The position numbers and the translations under genes are program-made. Under the pieces are notes generated by a model. The model saw only the letters and a program-made list of their open reading frames with translations. It made no database searches and was not told where the DNA came from. 64,000 bases of DNA from the NCBI GenBank assembly GCA_938074745.1, contig CALJEJ010000004.1, positions 1,597 through 65,596 on the forward strand, in the 5' to 3' direction. The first letter of the stretch is position 1, and each line of letters starts with the position of its first letter. Source of the stretch: an uncultured Endomicrobiia bacterium (lineage in GTDB: Bacteria; Elusimicrobiota; Endomicrobiia; DTEH01). Shown piece by piece: positions 30,455 through 38,653 of this stretch.

Positions 30455-32347
30455 CTATCTCCTTTCTAAAATCTCAAACTCTTTTTCCAACCCTAACTTA
30501 ACTATTTTTTCTTTTTTAGGTTTCCCTGTTTTAATATCCCAACCACGATATTTGTAATATTCTTTCAACATCAAGTCAAGTTTTACTACTTGCCCTTTAG
30601 GCACTCCTTCCGGCGCAGGTTCTTTAAGTAACCGTTGAGGTAATGTATCATCTTTAACAGTCAACCCTTCACGCAAATTGAACAACCGGTTAATATTGAC
30701 AATCCGTTCGCCAATAAGTTTAAGTTCTTTTTCCGTAATTTCCCAGCCAACTGTTACATCCATCGCTTTTATTATATCTTCGTAATACAATGCAGGTGGT
30801 ACCATCGTACCATATTTACATACGCCTAACGATTCTATCACTACGGAATAGTTCTCGTTATGGAACACCATATAACCTTTGTTTTTTTCTGACAACCGAA
30901 TCCCTATCTCTGGTAAAAACTTCTCTCCATACCATTGACGGATTTCTTTGTCAAACACGGAACCTTCGTCTAACACAGGAAACGCATACAAATGGTCAGC
31001 ACCACGAGCCGCTACTGCTGAAGCAAGACCCATGGACTTTTGTGCCCGAGGTTCCTGCGAGGCAATTTCTTGTCCTTTAACATGCATAACATATTTTTCC
31101 GTCCCACGACCTATTTTTTTTGCAGCACGGTACGACCCTTCGGCAAGAATGTCGCCAAAACCTTCTCTATACGCAATCATCTTTGTAAGTTTTATCATAC
31201 TATCAACATTACCCCAAGAAAGGTCTATCCCGCCAGTATCTTTTTTTGTAATCAACCCTTTCTCATAACATTCCATAGCCCACGAAATTGTCCCACCTAC
31301 TTCTATAGTATCCATACCAAGTTCGTCACAAAGATGGTGTAAATACATTATACTTTCTATATCAGAATTACCACAACGTGGACCTAACGCGTCAAGACAT
31401 TCGTATTCCGGACCTTTACCTTTTGTTTTAAACACCCCCGACGGAACATTAACAAACCTGCCACAACGTTGGATACAAGCAAAATCAGCCCTCGGCGAAA
31501 CAAGATATTTCTGACGATATACTTCACAAGAAATTTTGTCAACTTCTTCAAACACACCTTTTTGAAAATTGTATGCTGGTAAACGACCTATCTCGTTCAT
31601 CATATCTATAAGTTCCGAAGTGCCATATTTAATCCTTCCTTCAGTATACGGATGGGAAAGAACTTTGTCATACCAAACTTTAACTGTTTGCAAATACTCG
31701 TGCGGTTTTGCAACATCAATTTTCCCTGTCCCACGGACCGCTACAAGTTTTAATTTTTTCGCACCCATAACAGCTCCCATTGCAGAACGTGCAGCTACAC
31801 GACCGTTGCGTGTAAGTATTGCTGATTGACGACATAAATTTTCTCCAGCAGGACCTATCGCTATAAATTCAGCGAACTCGTCAGTTTCTTTTTTTACTAT
31901 CTGCATAGATTCAAAAGTTGTTTTCCCACGAAGATGTTCTGCATTACGAAGTTCTATATTATCGTCGGATATCCATAAATACTTTAACTTTTTAGCACAA
32001 CCAAAAAATATTATAGCGTCATACCCGGCAAATTTTAGTTCAGGACCAAAAAACCCTGCAGCATGTGCTTCACCCCAACCGTTGGTCAACGGATTTTTTG
32101 CTGCTACAACGAACCGTGAAGATTGTGGAAACATTGTGCCTGTTAATGGACCTGTGGCTATCATGAACACATTTTCTGGTGAAAATGGGTCAATTTTGGG
32201 TTTTATCAAATCGTATAACAACTTACTTGCAAGACCTGCACCACCAATATATTTTTCTACCACGTCCCATGGTAAATCTCCAATTTCAATTTTTTCTTTT
32301 GCCAAATCAACATACAAAATTTTCCCTGCATACCCGCCTGTAAACAT
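30455..32347 (-). CDS. AOR-family tungstopterin oxidoreductase, large subunit (copy 2)
   Basis: NPLT, IGPAGENL, KKLKLVAVRG, DFACIQRC, GPEYE, LGMDTI, RGADH, YYKYRGWD. Confidence 0.93.
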   Translation of the reverse strand: MFTGGYAGKILYVDLAKEKIEIGDLPWDVVEKYIGGAGLASKLLYDLIKPKIDPFSPENVFMIATGPLTGTMFPQSSRFVVAAKNPLTNGWGEAHAAGFFGPELKFAGYDAIIFFGCAKKLKYLWISDDNIELRNAEHLRGKTTFESMQIVKKETDEFAEFIAIGPAGENLCRQSAILTRNGRVAARSAMGAVMGAKKLKLVAVRGTGKIDVAKPHEYLQTVKVWYDKVLSHPYTEGRIKYGTSELIDMMNEIGRLPAYNFQKGVFEEVDKISCEVYRQKYLVSPRADFACIQRCGRFVNVPSGVFKTKGKGPEYECLDALGPRCGNSDIESIMYLHHLCDELGMDTIEVGGTISWAMECYEKGLITKKDTGGIDLSWGNVDSMIKLTKMIAYREGFGDILAEGSYRAAKKIGRGTEKYVMHVKGQEIASQEPRAQKSMGLASAVAARGADHLYAFPVLDEGSVFDKEIRQWYGEKFLPEIGIRLSEKNKGYMVFHNENYSVVIESLGVCKYGTMVPPALYYEDIIKAMDVTVGWEITEKELKLIGERIVNINRLFNLREGLTVKDDTLPQRLLKEPAPEGVPKGQVVKLDLMLKEYYKYRGWDIKTGKPKKEKIVKLGLEKEFEILERR

Positions 32348-32495
32348 CTTTACCCCTCCTTTTACAGGACTATGTTAACTTTTTAAAAATTTTTGTATAT
32401 GAGTTTTTAAAGGAGAATATGTTTTTAACCTTCTGTCAAACATAAAACTGCGAGTAGTTTTAAAATAGAACTACTAAAATATCACAGTATGGAAG

Positions 32496-34421
32496 TTATT
32501 CAATTTCAACAAGGTCTAGTTCTTTTAATTTATTTTTCTTAATTTTACCTGTTTTTCTATCCCAGCCACGAAGTTTGTAATATTCGTCAAGCATAATTTC
32601 AAGGTTGGCAACTTGACCTTTCCCTGGACCTGAAGGCATGGGTTCTTTAGTAAACCTTTCAGGTAAAGTATCATCTTTTGGGGTAAGCCCTTCTCTTAAA
32701 TTAAAAAGTCGTTTTATATTCTGTATCCTTTCACCAATTTTTAACAACTCGTCAACAGAAGCAAATTTTTCTTCTGCTGTGACATACGGTAAAACTTCTG
32801 CAAAATCTTCAATCCAGAATATTGGTGGCCAACCACAAGTGTACCAACAGACAACTAAAGAATCACGAATACAAAAAATATCTTCAGTAACTTTTACAGC
32901 ATATGCTTTGTAATCTTCAGAATACGGGTTGCAAAGACGGTTCAAAATTTCTTCTTGCTGTTTTTTAGTTTTCCCTTCAAAAAGTTTATAATATCGTTTC
33001 CGTGCAGCTTCTTTATACCCGAGTTGGTCAACTGTTACTAAACTTCTTAAATGGTCCGCACCACGAGCTCCTACTGCATGTGTCAACGCTACAGAACGGT
33101 GTGTTCTTCCGTCTTGGCCAGAAATTTCTTGCCCTTTAACATGTAATGCAAACGGTATAGTTTCTTTACCTAACTTTTCTGCAGCAAGTTTTACACCGTC
33201 GGCAAGAATGTCGCCAATACCTTTTCTAAAAGCAATCTTATGTAAAAGTTGTATTACAGCATCTTTGTTTCCCCAATAGAGGTCTAAATTGTCAACTTGA
33301 GATTTTTTCACTACACCTTTTTGAACACATTCTATTATAAAACTTATCACTGCACCTACGGAAATCTGGTCATACCCGTAACGGTTACACAAATCAGTTG
33401 CGTATAAAATAAAATCGTAATCGTCAACACCAATGTTGGAACCAAAAAATGCTGTCCCTTCATACTCAGGTCCTTCAACAGTAAAATTTGGCAACCAAGG
33501 ATTATTTTTTGATGTAGTATAAACTTCTTTACAAGCGTTACTGCAACCAAAACATGCCCGTGGCCTACCATTAAAATGTTCTGCAAGATATTCAGCAGCA
33601 AGTTTATCCGCACCTTCAAAAACACCGTCGGAATGGTTCCTTGTAATAAGTTCGCCAATGGCTTGTTTTGCTGATACAAGAAGGTTTGTACCGTATCTAA
33701 ACATTTGTTTTGCACGAGGGTCGTCAATAACACGACGGTGTGCCTGTTTCGCTAAATCATAAAATTTTTCAGGGTAGGCAACAGAAATTTTTTTTGTGCC
33801 TTTACATACAATTGCTTTAAGTTTCTTACTACCCCAAACAGCACCCATACCACTCCTGCCAAATGCACGGTATAAATTGCTCATTACACAAGCGTAACGG
33901 ACTAAATTTTCTGCTGCTTGACCTATGCAAAGAACTTGAGAATCCGGGTATTTATTGTAGAGCTCAAGCGTGACTTCTCTTGTATCTTTCCCCCAATATT
34001 CCACTGCAGACAAAATTTTTACTTCGTCATCAAAAATTGTTATATACACAGGTTTCTTAGATTTACCTTCTATTATCAGCAAATCATAACCTGAAGATTT
34101 AATTTCTTTAGAAAAAAATCCGCCACAGTTTGACTCGCCCCAGAAACCTGTCAAAGGTGATTTACTGCCCATTACAAACCGTCCTGAAGAAGGCCATAAA
34201 GTTCCTGTTAGAGGACCTACTGCAATAAAAATTTTGTTTTCTTCAGACAACGGGTCTATCTCGGATTTTAATTCTTTATACATATAATATGCTAAAAACC
34301 CGTCTCCACCTATAAACGAACTAATTACATTGTCAGGGATTGTTTCTGTAGAAATTTTGTTCGTGGTAAGGTTTATTCGTAGAAGTTTCTGACTATACCC
34401 TTTGTTTATATAAATAGCCAT
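32496..34421 (-). CDS. AOR-family tungstopterin oxidoreductase, large subunit (copy 3)
   Basis: KSPLTG, IGQAAENLV, KKLKAI, CFGCSNAC, GPEYE, YGYDQI, RGADH, YYKLRGWD. Confidence 0.93.
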   Translation of the reverse strand: MAIYINKGYSQKLLRINLTTNKISTETIPDNVISSFIGGDGFLAYYMYKELKSEIDPLSEENKIFIAVGPLTGTLWPSSGRFVMGSKSPLTGFWGESNCGGFFSKEIKSSGYDLLIIEGKSKKPVYITIFDDEVKILSAVEYWGKDTREVTLELYNKYPDSQVLCIGQAAENLVRYACVMSNLYRAFGRSGMGAVWGSKKLKAIVCKGTKKISVAYPEKFYDLAKQAHRRVIDDPRAKQMFRYGTNLLVSAKQAIGELITRNHSDGVFEGADKLAAEYLAEHFNGRPRACFGCSNACKEVYTTSKNNPWLPNFTVEGPEYEGTAFFGSNIGVDDYDFILYATDLCNRYGYDQISVGAVISFIIECVQKGVVKKSQVDNLDLYWGNKDAVIQLLHKIAFRKGIGDILADGVKLAAEKLGKETIPFALHVKGQEISGQDGRTHRSVALTHAVGARGADHLRSLVTVDQLGYKEAARKRYYKLFEGKTKKQQEEILNRLCNPYSEDYKAYAVKVTEDIFCIRDSLVVCWYTCGWPPIFWIEDFAEVLPYVTAEEKFASVDELLKIGERIQNIKRLFNLREGLTPKDDTLPERFTKEPMPSGPGKGQVANLEIMLDEYYKLRGWDRKTGKIKKNKLKELDLVEIE

Positions 34422-34450
34422 TTTATCTATTCCTTAAGTATGTATTTATT

Positions 34451-34741
34451 TCACCCTCCAGCAATCGGTGGGAAAATGTGCACTTCTTGACCATCAGTAA
34501 GTTTAGTCTGTTTAAACTTGTTATGGTCAACTGTTCTACCATCTATTAGAAAAGTAAAATAATTCTTTACTTTACCTGAACTGTCACACAAGGTTGACAC
34601 AAACGGTTCTTTAAATTTTTCTTTAAGTATGTTTATCATTTCGTGCAGATTTGATGCTTCAACTTCAGTTTTGTCAATACCAGCCGCTTCTCTTAATATA
34701 GTATAAAACTTTACTATAACTTTAGGTTTACTTTTTCTCAT
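34451..34741 (-). CDS. moaD: MoaD/ThiS family ubiquitin-like sulfur carrier
   Basis: VKFYTILREAAG; C-terminal FPPIAGG diglycine; adjacent to AOR genes. Confidence 0.85.
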   Translation of the reverse strand: MRKSKPKVIVKFYTILREAAGIDKTEVEASNLHEMINILKEKFKEPFVSTLCDSSGKVKNYFTFLIDGRTVDHNKFKQTKLTDGQEVHIFPPIAGG

Positions 34742-34744
34742 AAT

Positions 34745-35200
34745 CTATAATTGTTGTGAAGCGATATCATGTTTAACTTTAGCAATAGTTTCTTCAATTT
34801 CTTCAAACTTGATTGCTTCTGAAGGACAAAATAGAACACATTGTGGCTCACCATTACAAAGGTCACATTTTATAATACGTTTATATTCTGTATCAAAACT
34901 TATACTTCCATAAGGACATACATAAACACAAAGTTTACATCCAATACATCTTGAATGGTCAACAACAACTGCATTAGTAGTTTTATCTCTATACAACGCG
35001 TTAACAACACATACTTTCATACAAGCTGCGTCTTCACATTGTAAACATACAACAGGAATATCGCGGGAAAGTTCATCGTATTTTATAACACGAATTGCAG
35101 AAAGTGAACTTTTGTGTGTTTTGAAATGTGTCATACTACAGGCAAGTTCACATACTTTACAACCTACACATTTCTTTGCTTGAACTGTCAAACTTTTCAT
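34745..35200 (-). CDS. 4x[4Fe-4S] electron-transfer subunit
   Basis: CVGCKVCELAC, CLQCEDAACMKVC, CIGCKLCVYVCP, KCDLC..PQCVLFCP. Confidence 0.92.
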   Translation of the reverse strand: MKSLTVQAKKCVGCKVCELACSMTHFKTHKSSLSAIRVIKYDELSRDIPVVCLQCEDAACMKVCVVNALYRDKTTNAVVVDHSRCIGCKLCVYVCPYGSISFDTEYKRIIKCDLCNGEPQCVLFCPSEAIKFEEIEETIAKVKHDIASQQL

Positions 35201-35207
35201 TGATGGT

Positions 35208-36581
35208 TTAATATATTATATTTTTATATTTTTCAATATATTCTCTAAAAATTTTCTGTTCATCAAAATTGACAAAATGTCCCTCACGGATAACAATCTT
35301 GCCGTTAACTATTACAGTATCAGCAATTTGTGTATCTCCACAATAAAGTAACGCAGCTAACGGGTCGTCTAAAGCACCTATATAACCTATCTTATCTATT
35401 CTAAACATTACAATATCTGCAGCGTTGCCAACTTTGATACAACCGATATCATCACGATGTAAAACTTTTGCACCACCACGTGTAGCTATCCAAAATACAT
35501 CTTCAGCAGAAATACTTTCAGGACCAGAAAAATATTTGTGTACAAGAAGACACTGCCTTAATTCGGACAACATATTTGACGAATCGTTACTTGCGGAACC
35601 GTCCACTGCTAAACTCACATTTACTTTGTTATCCAGCATAGTTTTTAGTTTCATTATCCCGGAAGCTAACCTAAGGTTAGATGTGGGACAATGTGAAACA
35701 CCGCTACCCGCTTGAGATAATTTTTTAATCTCATCGTCAGTAAGATAGATACAGTGAGCAAAAAAACAATAATTTTCTAACCAGCCACAATCTTTTAGAT
35801 ATTCAAGCGGTCTTTTGCCATATTTTTCTATACAAAAATTTTCTTCATCTTTAGTTTCTGCAAGATGTGTATGACATAAAAGTTGTCTTTTTTTTGCAAA
35901 CTCTACTGTCTGTTTTAACAATTCTTCTGTGACAGAAAATGGTGAACACGGAGCTAAAATTACCTGTGTCATTGAATATCTATCAGGATTATGATATTTG
36001 TTTACAACACGTTCGTAATCTGCTAAAATCGTGTCTTCTTTTTGTACCACTTCGTCTGGTGGAAGACCACCTTTTGATTTACCAAGAGACATTGCACCAC
36101 GACACGGGAAAAACCGTATCCCTGTTTCTTTTGCAGTTTCTATTTCGTAATCTAAAAGGTTTTCTGGCTGGTTTTTAGCAAAAACATAAAACATATCTAC
36201 TGAGGAAGTACATCCTGTAAGCAAAAGTTCTAAACAAGCAACTTTGGTAGAAAACATCACTGTTTCTGGAGATAAAATTTTTGCCCATATATAGTACAAA
36301 TGTACTAGCCAGTCAAAAAGTTTTTTATCTTGAGTTAGTTTCAATACACGAGTCAAAATTTGATAGAAATGATGGTGAGTATTTACCAACCCTGGTAAAA
36401 CAACACAATTTTGTGCGTCTATAATTTCGGTTTCTGTTGTGAGAAGTTCCTTAGGGACATTTTGGCCTACAAACTCTATTTTGTTAGCATCAATAACAAT
36501 ATTACTATTAGAATACTTAGTTCGGTTATCATCCATCGTGACAATAAGGAAAGCATTTTTTATAAATATCTTTTTTGTCAT
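35208..36581 (-). CDS. 8-oxoguanine-deaminase-type amidohydrolase (COG0402)
   Basis: GLVNTHHHFYQ, RGAMSLG..GGLPP, APCSPFSV, HTHLAET, HCPTSN, VDGSASND. Confidence 0.85.
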   Translation of the reverse strand: MTKKIFIKNAFLIVTMDDNRTKYSNSNIVIDANKIEFVGQNVPKELLTTETEIIDAQNCVVLPGLVNTHHHFYQILTRVLKLTQDKKLFDWLVHLYYIWAKILSPETVMFSTKVACLELLLTGCTSSVDMFYVFAKNQPENLLDYEIETAKETGIRFFPCRGAMSLGKSKGGLPPDEVVQKEDTILADYERVVNKYHNPDRYSMTQVILAPCSPFSVTEELLKQTVEFAKKRQLLCHTHLAETKDEENFCIEKYGKRPLEYLKDCGWLENYCFFAHCIYLTDDEIKKLSQAGSGVSHCPTSNLRLASGIMKLKTMLDNKVNVSLAVDGSASNDSSNMLSELRQCLLVHKYFSGPESISAEDVFWIATRGGAKVLHRDDIGCIKVGNAADIVMFRIDKIGYIGALDDPLAALLYCGDTQIADTVIVNGKIVIREGHFVNFDEQKIFREYIEKYKNIIY

Positions 36582-37165
36582 TTTTTTAATGACAAAAATT
36601 CCTGAATATAATGTTCTAACAAATGGATATATCTATTTACCCGGTAATTGAAATAATGATAAAATATTACTGTAGGAATTGCTACAATAAGACCCGCAGC
36701 AGTAGTAATTAACGCTTCAGCAATACCTTTTGCTACAACCTGTGGTGAAGCATAACCTGCTTGTGCAATTGATTCAAAAGCTTTTATCATTCCTAAAACT
36801 GTACCAGTGAACCCAAGCAAAGTTGATACTGAGGCTATTGCTGCAAGTATTGGTAAATATCGTTCTAACTTAGGTATTTCTTGGTCTGCAACATCCTGTA
36901 GCTTGGTTTCTATATTTACCGAAAAAAAGTTTTCTATCCCGGTTAACAAAATTTTTCTTAACGGGGAGGATAATCTCTCGTTAAGTTTTTTTGCTTTCTC
37001 AAAATCTTTTTGTGAAATCAATTCCATAATTTTAGATACAATAGTATGGTTTATCTTTATACTACGGAAATAAATTAATCGTTCAATAATTATCGTCACT
37101 GAAATTATAGAACATATTAACAATGGCCACATTATTATTCCGCCCTTTAAAAAATATGTCAACAT
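36578..37165 (-). CDS. MotA/TolQ/ExbB proton channel family protein
   Basis: GGIIMWPL, LLGFTGTVLGMI, GIAEALITTAAGLIVAIP. Confidence 0.92.
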   Translation of the reverse strand: MLTYFLKGGIIMWPLLICSIISVTIIIERLIYFRSIKINHTIVSKIMELISQKDFEKAKKLNERLSSPLRKILLTGIENFFSVNIETKLQDVADQEIPKLERYLPILAAIASVSTLLGFTGTVLGMIKAFESIAQAGYASPQVVAKGIAEALITTAAGLIVAIPTVIFYHYFNYRVNRYIHLLEHYIQEFLSLKK

Positions 37166-37183
37166 TTGTAACCTCTCCTTTAT

Positions 37184-38647
37184 TTAAAATTTAACTTTAA
37201 AACCTAACATTACCGAAGGGTCTAAATAAATAAATGGTTGTAAATAATTTTTCCCTTGAAGAATAAAATTGTATAAAATATTTATTGAAATTTCATTAGT
37301 TAAGCAAAAACCTGTTTCAAACATACCAACACAACTTTTTTCTACAAAAGAATCGTAATTGATCGGTATATCATCATTACCTTCAACTGCAATTTTTAAA
37401 TATAATTTTTTAAATTCGCTATTAAACCCTAAACTATATTTAAATCGTGGATAAAATAATATATTTTCAGCATTTATAAGATATTCTGAACCACCATAAA
37501 ACTTTAGTGCCTCTAACGTAAAAATTGGAATCATAAAATTTATATATAATGAACTTATTTTTACTTTTTGTATACTATAAGGTATTAAATTTTGACTATT
37601 CACAATATACGTCGGGAAAAAATTGTAATCTAAATTTTTCCATCCAACAGTAAACTCTAACTTTTTTTCTTTGTAAGAGAAGGTTATAGTATAACCATTA
37701 CTATAAGATAATTCTGTCGTGACATTTTTATTAATCTCTATTTTGGGATACATGATAAAATAATTTTTAACATATTCATGAAACAACTTTTTTTCTAAAC
37801 TTAAGCCAAACTTAATTTTAGAAATGTTCTGTTGTGCTATTATACTGTAATAAAAATTTTCTTTATAAAGTAAACTGGTATCTATTGGAATTAATAGTCT
37901 AATCCTAAAACTGTTATTGCCAAATAACAAATTTTTTAATCTACAGGTTACACCATAAAGATTCACCGTTTGAGTGTCTAACAATACAGAATTTATCACA
38001 AAAGCAAAATAAGAGTTATAATACGGTATAAACGCCACTCCAGCATCTTGAAAAAGATAAACATAATTAAATCCTGAACTAAGTTTATTAATAAAATTTA
38101 TTTCAGGACGATAAAACAACTCTATTTTTTCTCCACTAAAAGTGTTTAACTGCAGACTAATATTACATCTATTTGTGTCAGTATCAAAAATATAAGAATA
38201 TATACCAGCGTCAATACTAAAAACTGTTTTGTTAAAAATTTTAGAATATGAACCAGCACAGTCTAACTTTGTTAAAATTTTGTCTTCTTGATTAAATTTT
38301 ACATTTTTAGTATCAGCAAGGAAAGATAAATTAAATTTTTTCCCGGGGAAGATTCTTTGTGAACTTATACCGGTAGAAAAAATGTTATTTCCTAAAAAAA
38401 TGTGTGTGTTAACAGGAGTAACGGTAGGTAAAGACAGAATATATTGTGTTATATCATACTTTTTTATTTCTGCAGAAACAGTTTCAGGAGAATAAATTTC
38501 AAAATCTTCATATTCAACATTTGGTGTTTCTATAATTTTTTGTTCTTGATAAAACTCCCAATATAATGGTTCTTCTATTTGTGTATTTTCACAAAATGTT
38601 GTTTGGGATAAAAGTAGTAAAATAAATAACACTATATTTGTTTTCAC
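37184..38647 (-). CDS. Hypothetical secreted, probable outer-membrane beta-barrel protein
   Basis: Signal peptide, aromatic alternating strands, C-terminal LGFKVKF beta-signal-like end. Confidence 0.55.
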   Translation of the reverse strand: MKTNIVLFILLLLSQTTFCENTQIEEPLYWEFYQEQKIIETPNVEYEDFEIYSPETVSAEIKKYDITQYILSLPTVTPVNTHIFLGNNIFSTGISSQRIFPGKKFNLSFLADTKNVKFNQEDKILTKLDCAGSYSKIFNKTVFSIDAGIYSYIFDTDTNRCNISLQLNTFSGEKIELFYRPEINFINKLSSGFNYVYLFQDAGVAFIPYYNSYFAFVINSVLLDTQTVNLYGVTCRLKNLLFGNNSFRIRLLIPIDTSLLYKENFYYSIIAQQNISKIKFGLSLEKKLFHEYVKNYFIMYPKIEINKNVTTELSYSNGYTITFSYKEKKLEFTVGWKNLDYNFFPTYIVNSQNLIPYSIQKVKISSLYINFMIPIFTLEALKFYGGSEYLINAENILFYPRFKYSLGFNSEFKKLYLKIAVEGNDDIPINYDSFVEKSCVGMFETGFCLTNEISINILYNFILQGKNYLQPFIYLDPSVMLGFKVKF

Positions 38648-38653
38648 AATACT

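Noticed and set aside
32348..32495. Inverted repeat AGTAGTT-N9-AACTACT and a TTGACA between AOR copies 2 and 3 as a Moco/Wco riboswitch, operator or promoter
   Set aside because: Only a 7-bp AT-rich stem, no properly spaced -10, and no riboswitch consensus recognised; an Rfam scan would settle it.
24409..34421. Higher GC in AOR genes as evidence of horizontal transfer
   Set aside because: Spot counts in a conserved housekeeping gene (trpB) are similarly high, so amino-acid composition can explain it; a phylogeny is needed.
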